This document shows, piece after piece, positions 20,301 through 28,986 of a stretch of 64,000 nucleotides of DNA. The stretch's first letter is position 1; each line of letters begins with the position of its first letter. This DNA is from Bacteroidales bacterium (lineage in GTDB: Bacteria > Bacteroidota > Bacteroidia > Bacteroidales > VadinHA17). The position numbers were made by a program, and so were the translations under genes. The stretch is taken from the NCBI GenBank assembly GCA_029932855.1, contig JAOZPG010000004.1, positions 49,148 to 113,147 on the forward strand, in the 5' to 3' direction. The notes under the pieces were generated by a model. The model did no database searches, was not told the origin of the DNA, and was given only the letters and a program-made list of their open reading frames with translations.

Positions 20301-20497
20301 TTATTGAAGTAGTGGATATAAGCATCACTGAGGTCCAAATAATTGATATTACCGGACGCCTTATTGAAAGGCTTGAAAATCTGGATAAGCAGGAATTTAT
20401 AAATATCGATATTAGCGAGAGTGCAAAAGGTTTGTACTTTGTTAAAATGCTGAATAAAAAAGCAGAGACATGTGTCAGGAAGCTTACTATAAAGTAG
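17327..20497 (+). CDS. Secreted, internally duplicated right-handed beta-helix (Pmp/pectin-lyase-like) protein with Ig-like repeats and T9SS C-terminal domain
   Basis: Signal peptide present. Two homologous ~400-aa modules begin GGTGDGS(T/S)WA...IQDA....(I/V)WV(Q/A)AGTY...GVSLYGGF(T/A)GTE. NCxF/NCVF beta-helix rungs are present. The central B-repeat-like segments read YTVTASAGTNGTIDP. The CTD reads LYPNPSSGRFVIE...GLYFVKM. Confidence 0.8.
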   Translation: MKDFYKMKFFAVLLLLGTISLANAQTIIYVSDGGTGDGSTWALATGNIQDAIESASAGTEIWVQAGTYYVPGDTMFVLKEGVSLYGGFTGTEDNTLQRTDFRMGGGNETILSADIDKNAVNDASNATRVMYGVDITSATSLDGFTIRDGFADGSGDDGGGLRINGGDMNISNCTFAYNYCDDNGAGLYLYNSATPDVNNCFFTANYADDKGGGAYTATACNAHFINCVFENNSADTDAGAFRTYKSSPVLTNCTFVRNALAGGDGSAFDANNSLSSPTLINCVFWGNVEAGVPDEDLSLTTSATVTLINCAFQGTFSAAGATASGTIDISATDPLFVNTAGTAGYAGYDAAADWNIQAASVLVNAGIADGAPALDVNSGLRDASPDVGAYEYGASSWDYIIDVVVLSGEGYVTPETGYVAAGNNVDFIITPGAGYEISAATYNSTDVFGSLVDNANNTFTYTAQAVAANGLLEITFFQAAPEYTVTASAGTNGTIDPSGDTLVTEFDETVFTITPDVGYKLATFTVNSTDASGDLVAIAGGAYTYTLSSVNANTIIEATFSEIVASIRYIKTGGTGDGSSWANAGGSIQDALLASSFGDEVWVAAGTYLTPGEVIDSSYTLVDGVSLYGGFAGTESSKDDRNSFRMGQSNETKLSADLDGNGFLTGGNGHRVVYGEFISSATTIDGFTISGGFSDASGSNGAGMKLKASSPNIINCTFFDNYCDDGSALYLYRSGDDVSSPVVENCYFLKGFANDDGGAVYNASGTLAKFINCVFANNMANDEGGAIRNFECSPEFYNCTFVYNALPESDPNGGGTYGPAIRNYQGSSSPYMNTEPKIVNSVFWRNQDGSGEHSYDISNTGNMATAGANATVINCAFMDSLSSSCIMVDTLDIGPADGSILNPGFIDISGTPGYQGYNAASDWNLTETSVLIAKGTNTEEGVPTTDINGFDRGPEVDIGAYEYGSASGIKQYKALSGFEALLYPNPSSGRFVIEVVDISITEVQIIDITGRLIERLENLDKQEFINIDISESAKGLYFVKMLNKKAETCVRKLTIK

Positions 20498-20521
20498 ATT
20501 GAGAGTTTAGTAATTAGTAAT

Positions 20522-20560
20522 AAGCTGTGGGCATTATGCTCACAGCTTATTATTATTTTT
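20522..20560 (+). terminator. Rho-independent terminator-like hairpin after the beta-helix gene
   Basis: Arms AAGCTGTGGGCA and TGCTCACAGCTT pair over 12 bp with one mismatch around a TTA loop. A T-rich tract (ATTATTATTTTT) follows. Confidence 0.6.
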
Positions 20561-20630
20561 ACCTGTTTCTTTATATTAGTTTCTGAGTGTATAATAAATA
20601 TAAGTTTAGCTTCATGTTTAATTTATAACT

Positions 20631-21614
20631 ATGATGATAAGAATGAAAAAGATATTATTCTGGACAGTGACATTTCTGTTTATTTCTCTTAGTCAAAGCA
20701 ATGCTGTTAAGCCACAGGATCCGGTTGTCGATAAGGAGAAGATAAGGATTGTAATAACAGATTCAGGTCTTGGAGGTTTATCTGTAATGGATGATATTGC
20801 AAAGAAAATGGAGGGATCGGGCTATTATAAAACAGCTGAGCTGATATTTGTAAATGCATTATTTAATGCAGAAAGGGGTTATAATGCATTGTCCTCACGA
20901 GAGGAAAAAATATTACAACTCAACCTGGTTTTATCAGGTATTGAGACTAAGTTTCATCCGGATATTATATTAATAGCATGTAATACCCTTTCGGTTATCT
21001 TTAAAGAAACAGAATTTATAAAAAAAAGCGATACTCCGGTTGTTGGAATAGTTGAATCCGGGGTTGATTTGATAGCCGGAAGGTTGAGTAAGGATGATAA
21101 TTCAGCAGTGATTATAACGGGAACAATAACCACTATTAGTGAGAATAATCATAAGGAAAGTTTGCTGAGAAAAGGTTTTCAGTCAGATAGGATAATTACC
21201 CAGGCATGTCCTGAATTACAGTCTTACATTGAAAAAGATCCTTATGGTGAGGACACAGGAATGTTAATTTCTGTTTATATTGAAGAAGCATTGGCCCGGT
21301 TACCGGAATATGCTGATAATATTTATCTGAGCCTCAATTGCAGTCATTTTGGCTATTCAGAGAAACTTTGGCAGCAGGCATTTTATGATGCCGGAGCAGA
21401 TCTTAGGGAAATATTGAATCCAAACTATACTATATCAAATGGATTATTCCCTGACAGGAACAGGAACAGGTTTGGTAAAACAGAAATAAGCCAGGTAGTC
21501 TATTCAAAAGTAGTAATTAAGAATAAAGGATCGATGTATGTTTTTTTTATTGATAAATCGCCCGAACTGGCAAAAGCCCTGAATAATTATATACTTGAAG
21601 AAGATCTTTTTTAA
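20631..21614 (+). CDS. Asp/Glu-racemase family protein (glutamate racemase-like) with N-terminal Sec signal peptide
   Basis: MKKILFWTVTFLFISLSQSNA precedes VKPQDP. MurI-like motifs are ITDSGLGGLSV, LIACNTLS (first catalytic Cys), PVVGIVE and LSLNCSHFGY (second Cys plus His). The usual D-x4-PYG segment is not conserved. Confidence 0.65.
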   Translation: MMIRMKKILFWTVTFLFISLSQSNAVKPQDPVVDKEKIRIVITDSGLGGLSVMDDIAKKMEGSGYYKTAELIFVNALFNAERGYNALSSREEKILQLNLVLSGIETKFHPDIILIACNTLSVIFKETEFIKKSDTPVVGIVESGVDLIAGRLSKDDNSAVIITGTITTISENNHKESLLRKGFQSDRIITQACPELQSYIEKDPYGEDTGMLISVYIEEALARLPEYADNIYLSLNCSHFGYSEKLWQQAFYDAGADLREILNPNYTISNGLFPDRNRNRFGKTEISQVVYSKVVIKNKGSMYVFFIDKSPELAKALNNYILEEDLF

Positions 21615-21658
21615 TTTTAACAAGTTATAATTAGATACATACCGCTTATTATGTTATT

Positions 21659-23194
21659 ATGATCTTTTACTGGAGGTATAAGAAAATATTTCAGATTGGC
21701 TTAACAGCCATAATATTTGTTATATCAATTTTTGCTGCCAGTTTTTATTTCTTTGGTAAATGGGAAAACAGCTTAATTGAGGAAAATAAAAATATATGTG
21801 CAGTTTATGCAAATAAGATAGCACTTGAAATTGAAGACAGTGACAGTCTCAAAAAATGTTTAACAGACCTCAGGTCAGGCAGTGATATACTAAAAGGATT
21901 TTCCGATAAGGTAGAGGAATCAGTATCAGGTTTAATGAAGACCTATATGGCTGAGGTTGAAGGACTGGAGGGCGGCTTATATTTAGAAGACATTAATGAT
22001 TTTGTTGGTTATGCTTTTCCAACTTCAGATCCTCCCGTTCCGGTTTATGGTCCTCCGCCCAGGTCCTATAATATAATCAGGGACCAGGCCATTAAAACGA
22101 TTAGCAGCAAACAGCCAATTGTAAATATTCATGCTTTTGACCCTGCCGTATTCCCTTTGGCTACCTGTCCCATTAGTTTTGGGGATATTATTATAGGATC
22201 GGTTTGGGTCAGGGTACACATTGAACGTAAACTGCCGGTGGCAAAGCTGAGAAGAGTAGTAAACTTGCTGACAATCATTTCTCTTGTAGGTTTTGTTACT
22301 ATGGCATTATTTACACTATTTCTCAGCAATGGTATCAAAACGATACGTAAAGAATTAATTGATGTTAAGAAAAATCCCGGTTACAGACTTAATTTGAGAG
22401 GGGGATGGTTTGGCTTTATTCCTGCCAGCATTAATGAGATGCTGGATCTTATTGAGAAGGAATATGATCATCAGAGAAAGCTGGAGAAAGAACTTGAACA
22501 AAAGGAAAAACTGGCATCTCTGGGAAAAATGATTGCTGGTGTAGCTCACGAGGTTAAAACTCCGCTTTCTATCGTAAAGATGCGTGTACAGATGTGGGAG
22601 AAGGTTATTATGGAGAACAGGGAGATATGTGAAAAGATTGACCAGGAATCATTCAATCTTGTAATTAATGAGATCAACAGGTTGTCAAAACTACTAAACC
22701 GCCTGGTGATTTTTTCCAGGCCAATAGATGAAAAGCTTAAACCAGTCAAACTTAACATGGTGCTGGAGGAAGTAATAAGTCTTATAAACTTTGAGAGTAA
22801 GAAAAAGGGGATAAGGATAAAAAGTGATATAAAAAATGATCTGCCACAAATTATGGCTGATGCAAATTCACTGAAACAGGTTTTTATTAATGTACTTACA
22901 AATTCAATTGAGTCGATTGAGAAGAACGGAGAGATATGGATTACGACGAAATATTCTATAAAGGAAGAGTTTGTGATAATTGATATTTCTGATACCGGCA
23001 AAGGTATCCCTGACGATATCCGGGATTATATATTTGATCCTTTCTTTACATCAAAGGAATCGGGAACAGGTCTTGGGCTATCAATCTCTCATGAGATTGT
23101 TGTGGCTCACCATGGGAGCATTTCATTTTCTAAAAACAATGGGGGAGGGACTAAATGCATTATTCTTTTACCTGTTAATAAAGAAAGAGAGTAA
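21659..23194 (+). CDS. Sensor histidine kinase with ~190-aa periplasmic sensor between two TM helices
   Basis: H-box GVAHEVKTPLS, N-box NVLTNSIES, G-boxes DTGKGIP and GTGLGLSISHEIV. Confidence 0.9.
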   Translation: MIFYWRYKKIFQIGLTAIIFVISIFAASFYFFGKWENSLIEENKNICAVYANKIALEIEDSDSLKKCLTDLRSGSDILKGFSDKVEESVSGLMKTYMAEVEGLEGGLYLEDINDFVGYAFPTSDPPVPVYGPPPRSYNIIRDQAIKTISSKQPIVNIHAFDPAVFPLATCPISFGDIIIGSVWVRVHIERKLPVAKLRRVVNLLTIISLVGFVTMALFTLFLSNGIKTIRKELIDVKKNPGYRLNLRGGWFGFIPASINEMLDLIEKEYDHQRKLEKELEQKEKLASLGKMIAGVAHEVKTPLSIVKMRVQMWEKVIMENREICEKIDQESFNLVINEINRLSKLLNRLVIFSRPIDEKLKPVKLNMVLEEVISLINFESKKKGIRIKSDIKNDLPQIMADANSLKQVFINVLTNSIESIEKNGEIWITTKYSIKEEFVIIDISDTGKGIPDDIRDYIFDPFFTSKESGTGLGLSISHEIVVAHHGSISFSKNNGGGTKCIILLPVNKERE

Positions 23195-23197
23195 ATA

Positions 23198-24565
23198 ATG
23201 GATAAAAAGGAGAAAATAATTTTGGTTGTTGATGATGAATCCTCAATAAGACGCAATATTAGTGACCTGCTTACTCCACTGGGGTATAAAATATTGCTGG
23301 CTAAAGATGGAACTTCTGCAATTAAAATCTTTTCAGAAAGATTACCCGGCCTGGTAATCCTGGATATAAATATGCCGGATATTAATGGACTGATTGTTTT
23401 GGAGCAGATAAAGGCTATTAATAAGGATGTGCAGGTTATAGTCTTTACAGCTTTTGGAACCAGTGAAAGGGCTATAAAGGCTATGAAAGGTGGTGCCTAT
23501 GATTATATTGAGAAGCCTTTTGAACTGGACGAGTTCCTCTTGATAGTGGAAAGGGCTTTCCAGTATAACAGCCTTCTGGCGGAAGTAAAAAAGCTACGAA
23601 CATTGGTAGATAACTCGGATTCCTTTACACAAGGGACTTCAATTATTGGAAAAAGTCAGAAGATGCAGGAGATATTTAAATTAATTGGAAGGGTGGCGAA
23701 TGATGATGCAACAATATTGATACAGGGAGAAAGCGGAACGGGAAAAGAATTAATAGCAGATGCCATACAGCGTCATTCAGGCCTTCATGATAAACCATAT
23801 GTAAAAATAAATTGTGGGGCCTTGTCGGAGTCATTACTGGAAAGTGAGATATTTGGGCATGAAAAGGGAGCTTTTACCGGGGCTTTCACACAACGTAAAG
23901 GGCTTTTTGAGATTGCTGAAGGAGGAACGGTTTTCCTTGACGAAATAAACAGTATGCCGCATTCGCTGCAGGTGAAACTTTTAAGGGTTTTACAGAAACA
24001 ACCATTCTTCAGGGTTGGAGGGGATAAAGCTGTAGATGTTAATGTGAGGATACTGGCTTCTTCAAATAAGGATATAAAAGCTGAGGTGGAAAAAGGTAAT
24101 TTCAGGGAGGATCTTTATTACAGACTGAACGTGATTAGCATAAATGTCCCTCCACTCAGGGAGAGAGATGGAGACATGATACTCCTGGTGCATCATTTTA
24201 TACAGAAATATAGCAAGGATAAAAAAGTTGTTATTTCTCCCCAAAGTATTAAAAAATTAAAAAATTATAATTGGCCGGGCAATATCAGGGAACTGGAGAA
24301 TGTTATTCATAGTGCAATAGTTACGGCAACAAGTGATATTATAGATATTGAAAAATTGCCCGAACATACTGTGAAAGATATGAATAGGATAGATTATATA
24401 AAGATGATTGATGAAGGGATGTCTCTTAATGAGCTTATAGAATCTGTTGAGAAAAAGATTATTAATGATTCGCTTCTAAAATTTGATAATAATCAATCAA
24501 AAACGGCTGATTATCTTAAAATAAACCGCAGATTTCTTTATTCAAGATTGAAGAAGTGGTCGTAA
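23198..24565 (+). CDS. Sigma-54-dependent response regulator (NtrC family: REC, AAA+, Fis-type HTH)
   Basis: REC domain (DDESSIR, LVILDINMPDINGL), Walker A GESGTGKE, the sigma-54 contact loop GAFTGA, and a C-terminal HTH (TADYLKINRRFLYSRLKK). Confidence 0.9.
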   Translation: MDKKEKIILVVDDESSIRRNISDLLTPLGYKILLAKDGTSAIKIFSERLPGLVILDINMPDINGLIVLEQIKAINKDVQVIVFTAFGTSERAIKAMKGGAYDYIEKPFELDEFLLIVERAFQYNSLLAEVKKLRTLVDNSDSFTQGTSIIGKSQKMQEIFKLIGRVANDDATILIQGESGTGKELIADAIQRHSGLHDKPYVKINCGALSESLLESEIFGHEKGAFTGAFTQRKGLFEIAEGGTVFLDEINSMPHSLQVKLLRVLQKQPFFRVGGDKAVDVNVRILASSNKDIKAEVEKGNFREDLYYRLNVISINVPPLRERDGDMILLVHHFIQKYSKDKKVVISPQSIKKLKNYNWPGNIRELENVIHSAIVTATSDIIDIEKLPEHTVKDMNRIDYIKMIDEGMSLNELIESVEKKIINDSLLKFDNNQSKTADYLKINRRFLYSRLKKWS

Positions 24566-24593
24566 ACATGATATACATTATTAAAACTAAATT

Positions 24594-25406
24594 ATGGAAA
24601 AAAGAAGAATTCCTATACTATTGTTTTTAATTGCTGCATTGAGCCTTTTAATGGGATGTGAAAGAATAACCAAACCTGTTGAGGAAGAGGAGGAGCCACC
24701 GGTAAACAAGTTATTGGAAGTTATAGAAGAAGACAATATATGGGGAGGAAGGGTAATTACTGAGGTCGACAGGGTAATGAGTCTCTTGCGTTCAACAAAA
24801 TATACACTTACAAATTATGTAGTGAACGTAGATGGCGGCTATCTTGCTGTTGATTGCTCGAAATACGTGGAAGCAATACTTAAGGAAGTATCCCTGGCTC
24901 ATTATAGTGAGATTCCTAAAAGCAGTTCCAGTGGCCTGACTTCCCTGGCCAAGGATTATTATAATCATTTTAGCAGTCTTCCCCTACAGGAGAATGGTAC
25001 AGGCAGCTGGATCAGGATAGAAAAAATAGAAGATGCAAGACCCGGGGATATAATTTCATATATTCATGATGTAGAGGGTGCAACAACCGGCCATGTGATG
25101 ATCATTTGTTCTTATCCTGTAATTTCAAATTACAGCCCTGCGGATTATTGTTTGTTAATTAATGATGCTGCCAATAGCGGGCATTTTGAAGATACCCGTA
25201 ATAATGAAGGTATTTATACTGAAGATTATTCATATATGGCCTATCTGCATTTTGATAATGGTGAAATAAAATATTCGGGAGTAGGCATAGGTAATATGTG
25301 GTTTCATTTTGGGGATAACAGTTATTATAGATGGAGTTCGGCAGATGGCAATCAGGTGAACAAAAGAATTGCAATAGGAAGGATGGTAGATATTCCTGCA
25401 AATTAG
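24594..25406 (+). CDS. Lipoprotein with papain-like (NlpC/P60- or CHAP-type) Cys/His hydrolase signature, putative
   Basis: Lipobox LSLLMGCE. Candidate catalytic Cys in VDCSKYVEAIL. About 65 aa downstream lies ARPGDIISY......TGHVMII, matching the usual pGDl...GHVgI pattern. It is the last gene of the racemase-kinase-regulator unit. Confidence 0.4.
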   Translation: MEKRRIPILLFLIAALSLLMGCERITKPVEEEEEPPVNKLLEVIEEDNIWGGRVITEVDRVMSLLRSTKYTLTNYVVNVDGGYLAVDCSKYVEAILKEVSLAHYSEIPKSSSSGLTSLAKDYYNHFSSLPLQENGTGSWIRIEKIEDARPGDIISYIHDVEGATTGHVMIICSYPVISNYSPADYCLLINDAANSGHFEDTRNNEGIYTEDYSYMAYLHFDNGEIKYSGVGIGNMWFHFGDNSYYRWSSADGNQVNKRIAIGRMVDIPAN

Positions 25407-25441
25407 AACTTTTGTGAATCGTAAATGTTTTGGGGAGTCTG

Positions 25442-27675
25442 TTAAAATAATTTAAAGCCAATTACGAGGGCATCGTCAGTCTGTTCGGTATTGCTTTTCC
25501 ATTTTTCAAAGTTCTCATTCAGAATATCATATTGCCCGGCCATAGGCTTTTGGTGTATGCTTAGTAAGAGCTCCCGGAAATTTTTGCTCATAAACTTTTT
25601 GCCCCTGGGCCCTCCCATCTGATCCTGAAAACCATCTGAGAAGATATAGAAAACATCATCTTTTTTAACTTCGATCACCCTATTGGTAAAGGAAGATTGC
25701 TCCCTGATGGCTTGTGCAGAAACAGGGAACCTGTCGGCTTTAATTATTTCCACTTCATTGTTGCGAATATGGTAAAGCGGATTATAAGCTCCGGCATACT
25801 CCAGCATATTATTTTCCATATCGAAAGTACAGACAGCAATATCCATCCCGTCTTTTATTTCATCCTTCTGAATTTTTCTGAAAAAGTAGGAAAGGTTATC
25901 CCTTAGCTTTGAAAGTATTTCTGAAGGTTTGGTTATACCCTCATGAATAACTGTCCTTTGCAGAAATTCTATCCCCAGAAGGGATATGAATGAACCTGGA
26001 ACCCCATGGCCGGTACAGTCGGCAGCTATAATAACCAGTTTGTTTCCTTCCTTATGAAACCAGTAGAAATCACCCGATACTATATCTTTGGGTTTATAAA
26101 ACACAAAAGAGTCCTTACAATATTTTTTTAGCTCATCTTTGTCAGGAAGAGCTGATTTCTGTATGCGTAATGAATATCTGATACTGTCGGTAAGTTCTTT
26201 CTGTTTTTGTTTTATTTCTTCGTAAAGCTTAGTAAGTTCTTCCCTGTTGGCTTTTATTGTCGCCACCATAGAATTGAAATTGCCGGTAAGAGAGCGGAAC
26301 TCATCTTTGGTAACAAGATCAAGTTTAATATCAAGATTATCTTTTTCAACTTCCCTTGTGCCTGAGATTAATATATTTATAGGTTTCAGGAAGTGAGAAG
26401 ACATCAACAGAGCATAAAGGATTATCAATAAAGCAACAATAATAAGTAAGGCCAGCATTTTCCTGTTGTAAATGCCTAAGGGTTTAAAGGCTTCCTTAAC
26501 ATCCAATTTTGTTACCAGTACCCAGTCAAGGCCTTCCAGTTTCAGGGGGGCATATGAACTAAGTACTTTCTTTCCTCTGTAGTCTTCTGTTATTTTTGTT
26601 TCATCATAACCTTTTTGTGCCATGGAGATTGCTTCGGTTTTTACCGGCAGGGTCATGAAAGTGGTTGATAGTGAAGTTATTTTTCTGTAAGTCTCTTTAT
26701 CATAACTGTCTTTATTATTTTCAAGGAATTTCTCCGGGTTTTCAAGGTAAAATCTCGATAAGCTTCTCATAAGGTAATCATCCCCAACCACATAACTTTC
26801 ACCTGTTTTGCCGAAGCTTTCCCAGTTATGATTATGAGTCATAAACTCATCCAGACTTTTATTGCTAAGGCTTAAAATGAGTGTTGCAATTGTTTCATCC
26901 CCTTTAAAAACCGGTGCTGCCAGGAATAGTCTTGGCTGCATAAATGAAGGAAGAAAATATTCAAAATCCGAAATGATAGATTTACCCTTATCAAGTTTTT
27001 TTGCAGACATGAATATTCTGCTAAGTACACTATTACTGTATTGAGGATCTTTAAGGTTTGCGGCTATATCAATTCCTTCTTGAAAGAAGATACCACATGT
27101 CCGGTATTATTATCTACGTAATAGAAATTATCTATCTTAAATTTTTTAATTGCCTCAAGGGTGGAATTATAGAACTGCTTCTTTAGTTTGTTGTACGTAC
27201 TGTCCTGAAATTTCTCAACCCTCAGCAGGTAACCAGGTTGAAAGCTTTACGTTTTTTTATCGTCAGGAAACCATTTTCCCGGTTCTTTCCCGGGTCGGAG
27301 TATTTCGGGGATTTTATAATATACTGAATCGGTATAATAATCCTTCAGTTTTTGAAGGTCTTCATTGCTTACATTCCTTGCAACATAATTATCGTATGTG
27401 TCAAGGAATCTTTCAATCAGTGTTACCTGTACAAAAGCCTGACTAAAATATTCCTGTTCTCCCTTTAATGAATTAAGGTAGTTTTCTACATAATCGATTT
27501 CAATGTTGCGTGTGATTCGTATTTCATCGAAGATCTCTTTTTTAAGAGTTTTCTTCATGAAAAAATAATTGAGAATAAGTACAAGCAGGACAGGGATTAT
27601 ACTTATGAGTAAAAAATTAAGAATTAATTTTCCCCGTATAGTTTTCATTTTTTCTGAGTTGGTGGTAATACTCAA
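25442..27675 (-). pseudogene. Disrupted sensor phosphatase gene (TM, dCache-like, TM, HAMP, coiled coil, PP2C/SpoIIE)
   Basis: ORFs 27247..27675 and 25442..27010 are the N- and C-terminal parts of one protein. After the TAA at 27247-27249 the same frame stays open (SFQPGYLL...FYYVDNNTGHVVSSFKKELI) to a TAG at 27064-27066. The downstream frame (..IDIAANLKDPQYSNSVLSRIFMSAKK..) is reached only by a 1-nt shift near 27070-27080. Confidence 0.6.
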
Positions 27676-27921
27676 AATTAAAGATATTTTTTATAATTAT
27701 TGTAATAACAGGCTTCCTCCCTAAAAACCGCAGTCTTTTAAATCAGAGAATCCGGCAAAATGAATATATGTTTGATATGAATATTTTGCTATGAAAAGAT
27801 CAAAATTCACGGAGTTATGAATTGTTTTCACAATGAGGTAAACAGGAACAAGAGAAAGAGTAGAAGAAGTATGCAGAAAAACGGCTATTAGCGAGGCTGG
27901 TTTTTATAACTGGAAGAAGAA

Positions 27922-28527
27922 CTATATTGCTGCTGAGTTTCTGGCTTTGGTTTTATCCCATTTTGGGGAGTTTAAAAGTTGATGAACAGCATCGTCAGGA
28001 GTTTTTGCTTTTGTCCAGAGTTGATGATGCTCGTTACGTAGCAGGTTTTCGGAACTCATCTTTTCAAAAAAGCTACACAGCCGGTCGTAATAGCCATTGA
28101 TGTTTAGAATAACTATGGGGACATCAATGATCCCCAGCTGTTTAAGTGTCATCGCTTCGGTAAGTTCCTCAAGGGTTCCTATTCCTCCGGGCAGGATTAT
28201 TATACCATCGGTGTTGGTCATAATAATGTTTTTGCGTTCTGCCATGGTATTAACCACAAGCATATCTTTAACCCCTGTATGCATCCATCCCTCATCCACC
28301 ATAAATTGGGGGATAATTCCACGGATTTTTCCATTTTTCTCAAGTACTCTGTCGGCTAGCTGTCCCATCAGTCCGGCACCTCCGCCTCCATATTGTATGA
28401 GCAGATTATTTTTTATCAGCAAATCTGCAAGTTCATCTGCAGCTTTCCGGAATTCTTTTTTAGCCTTACTGCTGGAGGCACAAAAAACAGAAACTTTTGA
28501 TATCATGTGTTGACTATTAGTATTCAT
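27922..28527 (-). CDS. LOG-family (TIGR00730-type) nucleotide phosphoribohydrolase
   Basis: Motifs VSVFCASS, YGGGGAGLMG and PGGIGTLEE. The start is uncertain, with ATGs at 28527 and 28506; the TTG at 28554 is unlikely. Confidence 0.8.
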   Translation of the reverse strand: MNTNSQHMISKVSVFCASSSKAKKEFRKAADELADLLIKNNLLIQYGGGGAGLMGQLADRVLEKNGKIRGIIPQFMVDEGWMHTGVKDMLVVNTMAERKNIIMTNTDGIIILPGGIGTLEELTEAMTLKQLGIIDVPIVILNINGYYDRLCSFFEKMSSENLLRNEHHQLWTKAKTPDDAVHQLLNSPKWDKTKARNSAAI

Positions 28528-28589
28528 TGTGATTTTAATAAAATTCCGGGACAAAAAATAATAAATGATAACAATCCAGAATTTGTGTC

Positions 28590-28621
28590 ATAAAAAAAGG
28601 GAGTCCTGAAAGAACGCCCTT
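28590..28621 (-). terminator. Terminator-like hairpin downstream of trxA
   Basis: On the minus strand the sequence is AAGGGCGTTCT-TTC-AGGACTCCCTT followed by T7. On the plus strand this reads as the A7 run at 28592-28598. Confidence 0.45.
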
Positions 28622-28642
28622 GAGATATTTGTTGCATAGATC

Positions 28643-28957
28643 TTACAAAAGGGGTTCCAGCTTGGTCAGATAATGTCCTTTGGGGACAGCACCTACCTGC
28701 TTATCCACAAGCTCTCCGTTTTTAAAAAAAAGTACAGTAGGGATATTGCGTATACCATATTTCATAGTTGTAGCAGGATTAGCATCGACATCCAGTTTCC
28801 CAACTACTACTTTCCCATCATAGTCTTCAGAGATCTCGCTTAAGGGTGGACCAACCATTCTGCAGGGACCGCACCATTCGGCCCAGAGGTCAATAATTAC
28901 AGGCTTGTCTGATTTCAAAACCAGTTCTTCAAAAGTGCTGTCTGTAATTTCAATCAT
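28643..28957 (-). CDS. trxA: Thioredoxin
   Basis: A 104-aa protein with WAEWCGPCR and the canonical thioredoxin layout. Confidence 0.95.
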   Translation of the reverse strand: MIEITDSTFEELVLKSDKPVIIDLWAEWCGPCRMVGPPLSEISEDYDGKVVVGKLDVDANPATTMKYGIRNIPTVLFFKNGELVDKQVGAVPKGHYLTKLEPLL

Positions 28958-28986
28958 TTCAATAAGTGTTTATAGTTAATAATTAT

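Noticed and set aside
27247-27249. In-frame TAA in the Cache-PP2C gene as possible stop-codon recoding or an alternative genetic code
   Set aside because: TAA is used as a normal terminator by many well-supported genes in this window. The same gene also carries a separate frameshift. Pseudogenisation or a sequencing error is the simpler explanation.
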